NCBI GenBank assembly: GCA_963787105.1
Contig: CAWBBU010000012.1
Coordinates: forward strand, 116,189-180,188
DNA: 64,000 nucleotides
Direction: 5' to 3'
From: an uncultured Bacillota bacterium
Lineage (GTDB): Bacteria; Sysuimicrobiota; Sysuimicrobiia; Sysuimicrobiales; Segetimicrobiaceae
Below, one piece after another: positions 40,328-51,477 of this stretch. Both the position numbers and the translations under genes were made by a program. Numbering within the stretch: the first letter of the stretch is position 1; each line of letters opens with the position of its first letter. A model generated the notes under the pieces. That model made no database searches and was not told the DNA's origin. It saw only the letters and a list, made by a program, of their open reading frames with translations.

Positions 40328-40375
40328 CCGGGGGGTGCGCCCGCTCGATCGCGTGCCGCCTCGGGCGGGATAGCC

Positions 40376-43086
40376 GTGGCGCGCGTCTTCGAGCCTGAGC
40401 GGCCCCGCCCGGAGGCTCTGCTGGAGCAGGCGGAGACCGAGGAGCGCCGCAGCCGCCGCGGGAAGCTGAAGCTGTTTCTCGGGTACGCGGCCGGCGTCGG
40501 CAAGACCTACGCGATGCTCGAGGCGGCGCGCGTGCAGCTGGCGCACGGCCGCCGCGTGATGCTGGCCTACGTCGAGACCCACGGCCGGGCGGAGACCGAG
40601 GCCCTGCTGCAGGGGCTCGAGGTCCTGCCGCGCCGGCGGGTCGAGTACCGCGGCGTCGAGCTGGAGGAGCTCGACCTGGACGCGGTGCTCGCCGCGGCCC
40701 CCGAACTCGCGATCGTCGACGAGCTGGCGCACACGAATGCGCCGGGCTCGCGGCACCCCAAGCGGTACCAGGATGTCGCGGAGATTCTGGCGGCGGGGAT
40801 CGACGTCTACACGACGCTCAACGTCCAGCACATCGAGAGCCTGAACGATGTCGTCGCGCAGATCACCGGCGTGACGGTGCGCGAGACCGTGCCCGATCGG
40901 ATCGTGGAGACGGCCGACGAGGTGGAGCTCGTCGACGTGTCCCCGGACGAGCTGATGCAGCGCCTGCGCGAGGGCAAGGTGTACGTGCCGGAGCAGGCCA
41001 CGCAGGCCGTGCAGAAGTTTTTCCGGCCCGGGAATCTCACGGCGCTGCGGGAGATCGCCCTCCGCTACCTCGCCGGGCGGGTCGACCACGCGATGCGGGC
41101 GTACATGGGGGCGCACGCGATCTCCGGGCCGTGGCCGGCGGGGGAGCGCGTCCTTGTCTGCATCGATGACGGGCCGATCGGGGAGCGGTTGGTGCGCGCG
41201 GGCCGGCGCCTCGCGTCGGGGCTCGATGCGGAGTTGATCGTGCTGCACGTGGAGACGAGCCGGGACGCCGCGCTCTCGGAGTCGGGGCTCGACCGGATCG
41301 CGCGGACGCTGCGCCTCGCGGAGGAGCTCGGCGCGCGGACCGTGACGCTGCCCGGCACCGATGCCGCCGGTGAGATTCTCCGGTACGCCCGGACCCAAAA
41401 TGTGACCAAGATCCTGGTCGGGGTCCCGCATCGGCCCAGCTGGTTTCGATGGTTTCGGGGCTCGACCGCCCGCCGGATCCTCGGCGAAAGCGGCGCGGTC
41501 GACGTGTACGTCGTCGGGGGCGACGTCGATACCCCGGCGCCCGCGCGGGCGGCGCGGACCGGCACCATGCCGCGCGTGCCGTACCTCTACAGCCTGGGCA
41601 TCGTCGGCCTCGTGACGCTCGGCAGCGCGCTCGTGCGGCCGTATATCGCGCCCGCCAACCTCACGATGCTCTACCTGCTCGCGGTCGTTGCGGTGGCCGT
41701 GCAGTGGGGCACCGGGCCGGCGGTCGTCGCCGCGACCGTCGGCGTCCTGGCGTACGACTTCTTCGTGGTGCCGCCGCGGCTGTCGTTCGGTGTCGGCGAC
41801 ACGCAGTATCTGCTCGACGTTCGCGGCGCTCCTGCTGGTGGGGGTGGTGATCAGCAACCTCGCCGGGCGGGTCCGGGAACAGGCGCAGGCGGTGCGCCGG
41901 CGGGAAGCCTATACGACGATGCTCTACGCGCTGAGCAACGATCTCGCGGCCGCCCAGGACATCCCGAGCATCGTGGACGCGGTGACGCGCCAGATGGCGG
42001 CGACGTTCGACCGGGAGACCGCGGTGCTGCTGCCGGCCGGAGAGGCGCTGCGGCCGGCGCTCGTGTCGCCGGGCTTTCCGCTCGACCCGAACGAGCTCGC
42101 CGTTGCCACCTACGCGTTCCGGCACGGGGAGCCGGCCGGCTACGGGACCGACACGCTGCCCGGGGCGAGCGGGCGCTATCTTCCCCTCAAGACCGCGCAG
42201 GGCGTCGTCGGCGTGCTCGGCATCCGGCGTCCGCCGGACAGCGACGAGCCCCTCGACCCCGGAGCAGCGGCGCCTCGTGCAGGCGTTTGCGAATCAAGTG
42301 GCGCTCGCGATCGAGCGCGCGAACCTCGCGGATGTGTCCCGGCGGCTCGATCTGTCGCGCGAGACCGAGAAGCTGCAGTCGGCGCTGCTGAACTCGATCT
42401 CCCACGATCTCCGGACCCCGCTCGCGTCGATCACCGGCGCGCTGAGCAGCGTGCTTGACGCGGACGCGGTGCTCGACGCGCCGACGCGGCGGGAGCTGCT
42501 CGAGGCCGCGAGAGAGCAGGCCGACTATCTGAACCGGTTGGTCGGGAATCTGCTCGAAATGACGCGGCTCGGCGGTGGAGCGGTCAAGCTCCGGCTGGAG
42601 CGCGTGGATATCGAGGATCTCGTCGGCGCGGTGCTGACGCAGATGGGGGACGCGCTCGACGGGCGCGACGTGCGGATCGTTGTCGAACCAAACCTGCCGC
42701 AGATTCCGATGGATTTCGTGCTCATGATCCAGGCGCTCATGACCATCGTGGACAACGCGGTCCGGTACACGCCGCCGGGCACGCCCATCGACGTCCGCGC
42801 GTGGTGGGAGGACGGCGAGGTCAGGATTCAGATCGGGGACCGCGGCCCCGGGGTCCCGGCGAACGAGGTCGACCGCATCTTCGACAAGTTCCACCGCATC
42901 CGGCGGCCCGGCGACGCCGGCGGAGTGGGTCTCGGGCTCACGATCGCCGCCGGCATCGTGGAGCTGCACGGCGGCAGGATTCTCGCGGAGAATCGGGCCG
43001 GAGGCGGCCTCGCGGTGACAGTGGTGCTGCCGCAGACGGCACCTCGGCGGTCCTCGGAAGCGGACGCCGCCGCGGCGGGCGGCTGA
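40376..43086 (+). CDS. kdpD: Sensor histidine kinase KdpD (frameshifts near 41818 and 42256)
   Basis: RGKLKLFLGYAAGVGKTY, DELAHTN, USP, TM region, GAF, ISHDLRTPL, GVGLGL. Confidence 0.95.
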
Positions 43087-43101
43087 GGGCAGGGGGGCGA
43101 G

Positions 43102-43527
43102 TCAGGATGCCGCGCGCTGGCAGGCGCGGCAGAGTCCAAGCAGGTCGACGCGGTGTCCCTTGACGAGGAAGCCGCTCGTCCCGAGGCGCGACCCCGTGAG
43201 CGATTCGAGGACGCAGTCCCCGAGCGCCTCCACCGTCCCGCACCGCTCGCAGATGAGATGATCGTGGTGGTGGTCGGCGAGCCCAAAATGGGCCGCGCCC
43301 CGGAGGTCGATCTGCTCGACGACCCCGGCGGTCCTGAGGCGCTCGAGGATGCGGTAGACGGTCACCAGGCCTAGGCCCCGGGTCCGCCGGTGCGCACGCT
43401 CCCAGATCTCCTGGCACGTGGCCAGATGCGACCCGCTCGCGAGGGCGTCCAGGATCGCCACGCGCTGGGGCGTGACCCGCAGTTTCGCGCGGCGCAGGAT
43501 GTCGGTGTGGCGGTCGGTGCTGGGCAT
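43102..43527 (-). CDS. Fur-family regulator (Zur/PerR-like)
   Basis: RVTPQRVAIL, TVYRIL, HHHDHLICERCG, CRAC. Confidence 0.92.
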   Translation of the reverse strand: MPSTDRHTDILRRAKLRVTPQRVAILDALASGSHLATCQEIWERAHRRTRGLGLVTVYRILERLRTAGVVEQIDLRGAAHFGLADHHHDHLICERCGTVEALGDCVLESLTGSRLGTSGFLVKGHRVDLLGLCRACQRAAS

Positions 43528-43645
43528 GCGGGTGGCTCCGCGGTGCTGTCGTCTGTGTCGATCGGCTGACCGCCCGGACGCTCAGGCGGGCCGTCCGTCC
43601 GCCGGCGGGGGGGTCCCCATCGGGCGGCGCGGGCGAGGCCGGACC

Positions 43646-44029
43646 CTAGCCGGCCGGCACCGCGCTTCGGCGAATGGCGTCCACGATCTCCGAGACCGGC
43701 TGATCTTTGATGAGGAGGCCCTGCAGGCCGCGCTCGCCGACTTTCGCCACGTCCAAGGCGCCGGCGTAGGCAGTCAGGATGAAGATCTTCGTGCCGGGGA
43801 CGTCCCGCATGATCGCCCCTGCGGCCGAGAAGCCGTCGAGCCCGGCCATGCGAAAGTCCATGAGCATCACGTCCGGGCGCAGCGTCCGCGCGAGCTGCAC
43901 GCCCTCGCGGCCGCTCGCGGCTTCGCCGATGACCTCGAACCCCGGCTGCAGGCGCAGCGCCTTGACCAGGCGGGTCCGGTACTCCGTGTTGTCGTCGACC
44001 AGGAGCACTCGAATCGTCTCGCCTACCAT
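43646..44029 (-). CDS. Single-domain response regulator
   Basis: IRVLLVDD, PDVMLMD, LLIKD. No output domain. Confidence 0.88.
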   Translation of the reverse strand: MVGETIRVLLVDDNTEYRTRLVKALRLQPGFEVIGEAASGREGVQLARTLRPDVMLMDFRMAGLDGFSAAGAIMRDVPGTKIFILTAYAGALDVAKVGERGLQGLLIKDQPVSEIVDAIRRSAVPAG

Positions 44030-44090
44030 ACGTCCGCTCCCATCTCGGCGTCCGGACCGGGAGAGGCGCCCGGGTGGCCGCGGGAAAGAG

Positions 44091-44777
44091 TCATCGTGCG
44101 CCTCCACTCGAGGGCGGCACGAGCCCAGACTTGAGGGCGTATACGGCCGCCTGCGTGCGGCTGTTGACCTGGAGCTTCTCCATGATGTTGCTCAGGTGGT
44201 TCTTCACCGTGCGCTCGCTGATGCCCAGGTTGGTGGCGATCTCCTTGTTGGCCAGTCCCGCGGCGACGTGCTGGAGGATCTCGACCTCCCGCTGCGTGAG
44301 CGGCGTCACGAGCGGCACGACCTCTTTAATATCCTCCGTCGCGCGGGCGAATTCTTTGAAGATTTTCGCGGCCATCGCCGGCGCGATCAGGCCCTCGCCC
44401 TCCGCCACCACCCGCACCGCGCGCAGCAGCTCCTCGGGCGACGAGTCCTTGAGCAGATAGCCCATGGCGCCCGCCTTGATCGCCTCGAACAGAAACTCCT
44501 CGTTGGTAAACACGGTGAGGATGATCACCCGGCTCCGCGGGCTCGTGGTCTTGATCACCCGGGCCACCTCGATGCCGGACGGGCCGGGCATCGACACGTC
44601 GAGGAGGACGATGTCGGGGGCGAGCTCCTCGACGAGGCGCAGCGCCTCGTGGCCCGACGACGCCTCGCCGACGACCTGGAGCTCGGGCGCCGCGTCGAGG
44701 AGCCGGCGTACCCCCTGCCGGAACAGCGCGTGGTCGTCCGCGATCAGAACTCGAATCGGTGGCGGTGCGTCAGCCAT
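44091..44777 (-). CDS. NarL/FixJ-family response regulator (REC + LuxR HTH)
   Basis: IRVLIADDH; LTQREVEIL..NKEIATNLGISERTVKNH. Confidence 0.95.
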   Translation of the reverse strand: MADAPPPIRVLIADDHALFRQGVRRLLDAAPELQVVGEASSGHEALRLVEELAPDIVLLDVSMPGPSGIEVARVIKTTSPRSRVIILTVFTNEEFLFEAIKAGAMGYLLKDSSPEELLRAVRVVAEGEGLIAPAMAAKIFKEFARATEDIKEVVPLVTPLTQREVEILQHVAAGLANKEIATNLGISERTVKNHLSNIMEKLQVNSRTQAAVYALKSGLVPPSSGGAR

Positions 44778-46884
44778 CTGTCCCCCCTGATCCTCCGAAC
44801 GGAATGTCCAGCAGAACCGTCGTGCCGCGATTCGGCGCGCTCTCAATCCTGAGCGCGCCGCCGACCAGTGCGGCGCGCTCCTGCATCGAGACCAACCCCA
44901 AGTGATACCCGGTTTGGGTCGTCGTCCGATACGCCTCGAGGTCGAACCCGACCCCGTTGTCCGCGACGCGGATCGCGCAGTGGCGGTCGTCCGCCTCCGC
45001 GTGGATCGCCGCGGTGGTCGCGTGCGCGTGGGCGTCGACGTTCACCAGCGCCTGCCGCGCGATCGCCAGCACCGCCTGCCGGACGGCGGGGGGCAGGGTC
45101 GAGTCGTCGCCGGTCGAGATCACGGTGACGTCCAGTTCGTGGCGGCGTTGGAACTCGCGCGCCAGATTGCCGAGCGAGTGGAAGAGGCGCTGGTCCACCG
45201 GGACCGGCCGCCGAAGGTCGGCCAGAAACTCGCGCAGCTCGCGCATGCCCTGCTCGAGCAGCGTCCGCGTCTCCCGGAGCTCGGCTCCGACGTGGACCGT
45301 ATCCGCCTGGGCGGTCATCGCGGTCAGGTCGGTCTGCAGGAGCGCGGTGGCGAGCGTCTGCGCCAGGCCGTCGTGAATCTCACGGGCGATGCGCCGGCGC
45401 TCCTCGACGGCCCCGATATCCGCGATCCGGTGCGCGGTGGTCGCGGTGTCCACCGCGGCCGCCACGTGCGCGCCGATCGCCGCGAGCAGGGCCTGGTGCC
45501 ACCGGCCTTCAATCGCGATGCCGAGTCCCAGGGCACCGATCGTCCGCTCGCCGATGCTCAACGGCACGCACGCCACCGACGTGTCGGGGGCGCCCGGCAT
45601 CCGGGCGACCCGGATCTCATTGCGCGTGGTGCAGGCGATGAGCTCGGGGAGAAGACTCCGCGCGGCGGCTCCGGCGATGCCCCGGACCGCGACCACCTCG
45701 ATGTTGCCGGTATCCTCGCGCTCCGTGGCGAGGAGCGCGAACGACGCCGGGGTGAGGGAGCGCACGAGGTCGAGCAGCGCCGGCCAGATGACGGTCGGGT
45801 CGCGCGTGAGCGCATAGCCGACGCGGGCGTAACCTCCGGCCAGCGCGTGCAGGGTGAAGGCAAAGATGCGCTCGTGCTGGGCGCGCGCCAGCAGGCCCGA
45901 CGCGCTCTGGGCGATGAGTTCTCCGGCCTCGAGCGTCGTCACGGTGAACTGCGGTCCGGAGACCGACCGATTCAGGTTCAGGAGGCCCACCGTCTCGCGG
46001 TTGACCACGACCGGGATGCACATCGACGAGGTGATGCCCTCGCGCTGCAGATGCACCGGGAGCGCGACCCCGGGCGTGAGCAGGACGGCGCGTCCCCCCT
46101 GCGCGACCCAGCCGGCGATGCCTTCGCCGAGGCGCGAGCCGGCCTGGCGGTGGATCTCGCTGAGGCCGTGCGACGCGAGCACCTCCAGGTGTTTCGCGGT
46201 CGGGTCGAGCAGCATGAACGAGCCGCTGTTCGCCTGGAAGTACTTCACCGCCGCGTCGAGCACGTGCTGGAGGGCGCCCTCGGCGGTGCCGCCCGCGGCC
46301 GTGATGCTCTTAATGGTTCCGAGCGTGCGTGCGAGCCCGCCCTGCTCGTCGAGACGCCGCGCGGCCTCGGCGCCGAGGCTGGCGGTGGCGATCAGGGTCA
46401 CCCACAGGAGGCACCAGGAGATCCAGCGGTCGAGAAAGATCGACCCGGGCAGCATCGGAAACTGGCCGGCCGCCAGCACCGTCGCCATGGCGATGCCGCC
46501 GACCTGGCCCGTGAGAATCCCGGTGGCCACCGCGACGAGGAATCCGAGCAGCACAAACTCCACGGGGAATCCCGTGATGTGGGCGCCGAGGACGAGGAAG
46601 ATCGCATCGAACGGCAGCATCCAGCGGGCGGCATTCGCGGCCCGCGCCGGGCGCCACACGCCGTACGCCGTGAACGCCGTCATGTAGACGGCGGCCGCGC
46701 CGTAGAGGAGGAAGTACAGGCGAGGGGGCGGGCTCGGCGAGGTCGTCGGAAACAGCGCCGCGAGCACAAAGAGCAGCACCAGCACCAGCAGCCTGACCAC
46801 CGGAACCGCGTAGACCGCGGCCTGCAGGTCGTCCAGCAGCACGGCGTGCCCCTTTGGCACGAGGCGTGCCCGGCTCGTTACCAT
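44770..46884 (-). CDS. Membrane GAF-domain histidine kinase (HisKA_3)
   Basis: N-terminal TMs, GAF (GEGIAGWVA), EERRRIAREIHDGLAQ, DNGVGF, LGLVSMQER. Confidence 0.92.
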   Translation of the reverse strand: MVTSRARLVPKGHAVLLDDLQAAVYAVPVVRLLVLVLLFVLAALFPTTSPSPPPRLYFLLYGAAAVYMTAFTAYGVWRPARAANAARWMLPFDAIFLVLGAHITGFPVEFVLLGFLVAVATGILTGQVGGIAMATVLAAGQFPMLPGSIFLDRWISWCLLWVTLIATASLGAEAARRLDEQGGLARTLGTIKSITAAGGTAEGALQHVLDAAVKYFQANSGSFMLLDPTAKHLEVLASHGLSEIHRQAGSRLGEGIAGWVAQGGRAVLLTPGVALPVHLQREGITSSMCIPVVVNRETVGLLNLNRSVSGPQFTVTTLEAGELIAQSASGLLARAQHERIFAFTLHALAGGYARVGYALTRDPTVIWPALLDLVRSLTPASFALLATEREDTGNIEVVAVRGIAGAAARSLLPELIACTTRNEIRVARMPGAPDTSVACVPLSIGERTIGALGLGIAIEGRWHQALLAAIGAHVAAAVDTATTAHRIADIGAVEERRRIAREIHDGLAQTLATALLQTDLTAMTAQADTVHVGAELRETRTLLEQGMRELREFLADLRRPVPVDQRLFHSLGNLAREFQRRHELDVTVISTGDDSTLPPAVRQAVLAIARQALVNVDAHAHATTAAIHAEADDRHCAIRVADNGVGFDLEAYRTTTQTGYHLGLVSMQERAALVGGALRIESAPNRGTTVLLDIPFGGSGGTDG

Positions 46885-47058
46885 TTCACCAGGGCGCGCC
46901 CCCGGCGGGGTGTGCCCTGACCGGGTCCGGCGTGGCGATCGCGTCGATGCCCGCGGTCCCCCGAGGCCGGGCCTCGGGGCGGTCGGTCATGCGTGGGGTG
47001 TCGGGTCTCGGAGCGACTGAGCCGGTGGAGATGTGGGGCGCACCCGTGGGGCGCGGCA

Positions 47059-47634
47059 CTAGCGCAGCGCAAACGCGCGCAGGGTGAGTTCCGCGCGCAG
47101 GACCGGCGTCACCGTCGGCGCCGTGCCCTGCTGGAGCGGTTCCTTCGTGACGCTCACGCTGTCCACGGCGATCAGCCGGGGCAGGCTCTCGGTCGAGTGC
47201 AGGAAGTCGATGATCTGGGGCCAGGTCCCGCGGACAATCATCGTGAAGCTGAGCGCCTGCACCAGCGGGGTCCCCGGGAGCGCGGCGGCGGGGACGCCCT
47301 GCGGGAACTCCATCTGGACGAACTGGCCCCCGGCTCCGTCAATCCCCTGGACCAGCAATGCCACGATCTGCGGCAGGGCGAGTTGACTCGGGATCTGCTG
47401 TTCGGCCCGCTGGAGCGCGGCGACCGTCTGGGCGTGCTGGATCTTGGCCGCGGGCAGCCGGGCCGCGGTCTGCTGGTCCTCGTTGAGCTGCTGGCTGGAC
47501 GCCGCCACCTGGCGCTGGGCCGCCTGCAGCCGTTCGACCGCGGGCCGGAAGAACACCAGCACCAGCACCACGACGATGGCGAGCGCGGCGCCGACCGCGA
47601 CGATCGTGATCTCACGTCCGGTGAGCCGCCTCAT
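47059..47634 (-). CDS. pilO: Type IV pilus assembly protein PilO
   Basis: N-terminal TM and coiled coil; GTWPQIIDFL..ESLPRLI. Follows pilN. Confidence 0.85.
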   Translation of the reverse strand: MRRLTGREITIVAVGAALAIVVVLVLVFFRPAVERLQAAQRQVAASSQQLNEDQQTAARLPAAKIQHAQTVAALQRAEQQIPSQLALPQIVALLVQGIDGAGGQFVQMEFPQGVPAAALPGTPLVQALSFTMIVRGTWPQIIDFLHSTESLPRLIAVDSVSVTKEPLQQGTAPTVTPVLRAELTLRAFALR

Positions 47635-48192
47635 GGGGTCAGGGGACGCTGTGCGACGTTGGCTTCGAATTCGAACGAATAGGTCCGGTCGCCCTCAATC
47701 ACGCCGCTCGACTCGCGCGCGTAGGGGAGCTCCACGTTGCTCAGGAACTGCGCGCTCGACAACCGCGCGGCGAGGGTCGGCACCGACGTGTCAGTCAGCG
47801 TGCTTCCGTCGATCAGAATCGTGTGATTGGACGCTTTGACGGTGTCGAACCAGACGTCCTCGGGCACGAGGCTGCTGACCGACGTCAGCGTCTCGGCCCA
47901 GGGGAACACCGTCGCCCGCACAGCCTCAAAGGACTGCTCGCGTCCCCGCAGGTTGTTCGTGTCTGCCTCGAGCGTCCCGGACCTGGTTGGCGTCCTGCCG
48001 CACCCTGGCGAGCTGCTGCTCGAGCGAGCGTTCCTGCGACTCGAGCCGGTTCGTTTGGGTCAGGATCAGCGTGTACGCGAGCACAATCGGCACAACGGCG
48101 GCGATGATTCCGATCGCGCGGAACCGCTGCAGCCGGCGCTGACGCCGGGCCTCGATCAGACTTGCTGGTAGTAGGTTTGGGGAAAACTCCAC
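47631..48192 (-). CDS. pilN: Type IV pilus assembly protein PilN (frameshift near 47975)
   Basis: NLLP motif, TM, PEDVWF. Confidence 0.85.
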
Positions 48193-48204
48193 GGACGCTC
48201 CTCC

Positions 48205-49173
48205 TCACGCCACCTTGCGCAGCGCGAGTCCTGCCGCGACGGCAAGGGGTGCATCGTGATCGAGCAGTTCCTGCGCAATCCCGCGTCCGTGCGTGAACAT
48301 CGACAGCGGCGCGCCGAGTTCCGTCGGCACGCCGAGCTCGGCGGCGATCATCTCGGCCAATCCCGGCCTGAGCGCGCCGTCGCCGCTCAGGACCGCACGG
48401 GCGACCGACTGTCCTTGCGTCTGTGCCTGGAAGTAATCGACCGACCGCGACAAGCCCACCAGGAGGTTCTGGAGGGTCGGGGCGTCGTCTGCCGCGGCCG
48501 CCACCGCGTCGTCGGGAGCTGATTCGGTCAGGTGCATGCTCCCGACGGGGATGCTCCGGCAGATCAGCGGCAGGCTGTTTTGCACGATGACGAGCTCCGT
48601 GTTCTCGGCGCCGACGTCAATCGCGGCGGTGGGCTGCGGCGTCTCGCCGAGCGTCCGTGCGAGCGCGAGGGCGGTCGCCTCGATCGCGACCACCTCGAGG
48701 CCGGCCTGGGTCATGATTTGATAGTAGGCCAGGGCCTCCCGCTCGGGCACAGCCGCCATGAGGACGTCCAAGTGCCGCTGCGGGCCGGTCTTGACCTCGC
48801 GGACGACCTGGGCGTCCACGACCGCATCCTCGATCCGGAGCGGGAGGTGCCGCTCCGCTTCCCATTTAACTGCCGCCTTCAGCTCCTCGGCCGGCATCGG
48901 GGGAAACGTCAGGTTCCGGATCAGCACGTTCCGGCCGCCCATCCCGATCACCGCCCGGCTGCCCCGAAGTTTGGCCGCCGAGATCACCTGGCGAATGGCC
49001 TGGACGACGGCATGGGGCGCGACCACCATCCCGCCTTCGATGGCTCCGTCCGGCGTCGCAAAGACAGTAGCAAACAGCAGTATCGGCTTCCGTCCCGGCC
49101 GCACCGCCGCGATCTTGATCGATCGCTTGCTGACGTCTACCCCAACCGTCGACGCATTGCCTCCAAGGGCCAC
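48205..49173 (-). CDS. pilM: Type IV pilus assembly protein PilM
   Basis: VGVDVSKRSIK, WEAERHLP, IDVGAENT, LSGDGA, VAAGLALR. Alternative start at 49206. Confidence 0.92.
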   Translation of the reverse strand: MALGGNASTVGVDVSKRSIKIAAVRPGRKPILLFATVFATPDGAIEGGMVVAPHAVVQAIRQVISAAKLRGSRAVIGMGGRNVLIRNLTFPPMPAEELKAAVKWEAERHLPLRIEDAVVDAQVVREVKTGPQRHLDVLMAAVPEREALAYYQIMTQAGLEVVAIEATALALARTLGETPQPTAAIDVGAENTELVIVQNSLPLICRSIPVGSMHLTESAPDDAVAAAADDAPTLQNLLVGLSRSVDYFQAQTQGQSVARAVLSGDGALRPGLAEMIAAELGVPTELGAPLSMFTHGRGIAQELLDHDAPLAVAAGLALRKVA

Positions 49174-49216
49174 GGGCCCCTCCCCGGTGGAACCGTTTGG
49201 CTCCACCCGTGCATAT

Positions 49217-49246
49217 ATTCGCCGTCCAGGCGAGGCTTTCCCTGCC
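49217..49246 (-). promoter_or_regulatory. SigH-like promoter candidate for pilM (GGCAGG-N20-GAAT)
   Basis: Minus-strand GGCAGGGAAAGCCTCGCCTGGACGGCGAAT. Confidence 0.55.
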
Positions 49247-49291
49247 TCCTACGGCACGGGGGCCTCCCTGGCGTGGACCGTTACATTTGCC

Positions 49292-50678
49292 TTAGTTTCG
49301 GCCGAATCCTTCGCTGAAGTAGGTGTCGGACGGCGCCTGGCCGGGGGTGTTACCGGACCCGAACCCACCGCCCGACGCGTTCTGGAGGTACCCGCTTTGG
49401 ATGCCGACCTGGGTGCCCTTCCGCAGGACGATGGCCCCGATCGCATGGCTGAACGACAGCTGCGAGTTGCCGCTCGCGACCAGGGCGAGGCCTGCCGGCG
49501 GTAAAGGCGTTCCAATCTTGTGACGGCTGGAGGGCGTACTGCCACGTGCTCCGCGGTCGCGGCGCTGTTCTGGGCGCAGGCGTTGGGAGAGCGACCGGAC
49601 CTCCTGGTACGGGCCGGGATCGATCACCACGATGTCGCCGACGTTGAACACGCAGTTGTTGGTGATCGGGTTGTTCACCGTAATCTGGGTGTCGCCGGCT
49701 TTCGCGATGTGGGAGAGCGTCGTGTAGTTCGGCATCGTCTCGACGTAGGTTCCCGCGCCCTCCGCCGACGAGAGCGCCTGGGCGAGCGTGAGCACGCACG
49801 ACGCCTCGGAGGGGGGATAGGCCGTGACGCCGGTCACCTGCAGCGGTCCCACCGGCCCGGCGACGGGATTGATGTAGACGAAGTCCCCGAGCGTGAAGGG
49901 ACACGCGTTGTTCTGCTCCAGCACGCTGATCGTCGTGGTTCCCGCGGAGGCATTTTGGGAGAGCGCGGATCCGAACCCGGGGGCCGAGAACCCGGTGATG
50001 CTCGCGTTCTCCGTGCCGCCGGTCTGGCTCACGTACCGGCCGACCCCATAGTTGGTGACGGGATTGGCGAGGCTCGCGGTGATGGTATACGCGGTATAGC
50101 CCTGGGCCGTGGCCGGGATGACGATGGACCCCCACGGGTATGAGTTCTGCAGCCCCGTCGTGATCGCGAGGGTGTACGCGACCTGGTTGCCGTACCCGGT
50201 GCCGCCCGAGTTGCCGATGTTCGCGTTATACAGGCACGAGCCGCCTTCCGCGATGGCCGCGTTGGTCAAGATCGACGTTCTCTGATGTCGCGCTGAGCGT
50301 CTGCGTACCCGTGTAGATCGTGATCGGCAGGCCGGGCGCCAGGCCGTTCGCGTTGTCGACCAGGATGTTCTTGGAGCTCGCGGACACCGCCGAGCACAGC
50401 GTCCCGATCACCTGGATGTCGAGGGTCGGCGTGTATCCGACTTGGCCAGAGTAGGTCGGGGTGACCGTCACAAACGCGGACTCCTGGAGGTCGGCGATCA
50501 CCCGGGACATGCCGGCCCGGGGGTTCTGCTGGGCTTCCATCTGGCCCTGCAGCAGCGACAGCCCGCGGTCCAGCGCATTGAGGAGGTAGTAGGTCGTGGT
50601 CGCGATCACCGTGAGAAGCAGCGCGCCGATCAGCATCTCAATCAGCGTGTAGCCCGCTTCGTGCCGTCGGTTGCGCAT
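49292..50678 (-). CDS. Large minor pilin (PilW-like N-terminus) with repeated beta domains (frameshifted; 3' end approximate)
   Basis: MRNRRHEAG|YTLIEMLIG..MEAQQNPRAGMSRVIADLQES and three AG..I.V....F..GD.V.I repeats. Confidence 0.75.
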
Positions 50679-50692
50679 CGGCCCGCTCCCTC

Positions 50693-51293
50693 TCAGAAGA
50701 AGTTGTGCCGCATGGTGATGACCGTGTACGTCCGGGTCAAGAGGGGGCCGCCGCCGCCGCCGGGATTCGACGGCTCCGTCCACGTGACGACCACCGTGAT
50801 CAGCGTCAGGCTGGGGTTGCCCGCCCCGGTGGCGGTCGGAAAGTTGCACGGCGTGGTGTTGATCCCCGCGCAGCTCGTGGCGCTGATCGACAGCGTGTAC
50901 TGGACGTTCGCCGCGGTGGCGGTGATTTGGTTCGACGGCACATTGCCGAGCATTGAAATTCCCCTGGTTGGTATTCAGACACAAGTACGGATTGGGGTTG
51001 GAGGCGGTGACATTCAGATACGTGGGGCTCTTCGGCTTCATGTCCTCGATACATTCCTGGGCGAACCGCGCCGCAAAGCTCGTGTTGCGCCCGGCCTGCG
51101 CGTTCAGGCCGGCGAGCGGATAGTATTCGGCGGTGACAAACGCCACGAACGCGAAGAGCGCCGCGGCAATCGTAATTTCAATGAGCGTGAACCCGGCGAC
51201 CCCCGAGGGGACCGGCCGGCGCACCGTCTGGGCGCACGCGGACGCGCCGCCGTCCCGCGGGCCCGAGACGGGCCGCGGCGGGTGCGCGCTCAT
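50693..51293 (-). CDS. Minor pilin (PilV-like; frameshift near 50950)
   Basis: G|FTLIEITIA; AQECIEDMK; LITVVVTW. Confidence 0.8.
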
Positions 51294-51415
51294 CGAGATC
51301 GAGACCGGGTATCTGGTCGCATGGACTCGCACCGCTCCCATAGCATGTGGCCGGACGCCGCGATGTCGGGTCCGGCCGGCGACGGCGCGGCGGACACACG
51401 CCGTCTGGTTCGGGT

Positions 51416-51445
51416 ATTCGCCCCCACGGCCGGGATATTCCTGCC
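51416..51445 (-). promoter_or_regulatory. SigH-like promoter candidate for the minor pilins (GGCAGG-N20-GAAT)
   Basis: Minus-strand GGCAGGAATATCCCGGCCGTGGGGGCGAAT. Confidence 0.55.
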
Positions 51446-51477
51446 GCGGGCGTCCCGGGACCGCCCCCCGCCCGCCG

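Noticed and set aside
8494-46920. Many long antisense or alternate-frame ORFs (e.g. 8494-10782, 23620-25962, most of 38801-41857, 44902-46920)
   Set aside because: These are Arg/Ala/Pro-rich shadows of real genes, expected in high-GC DNA. They carry no motifs, except the protease part at the end of 38801-41857.
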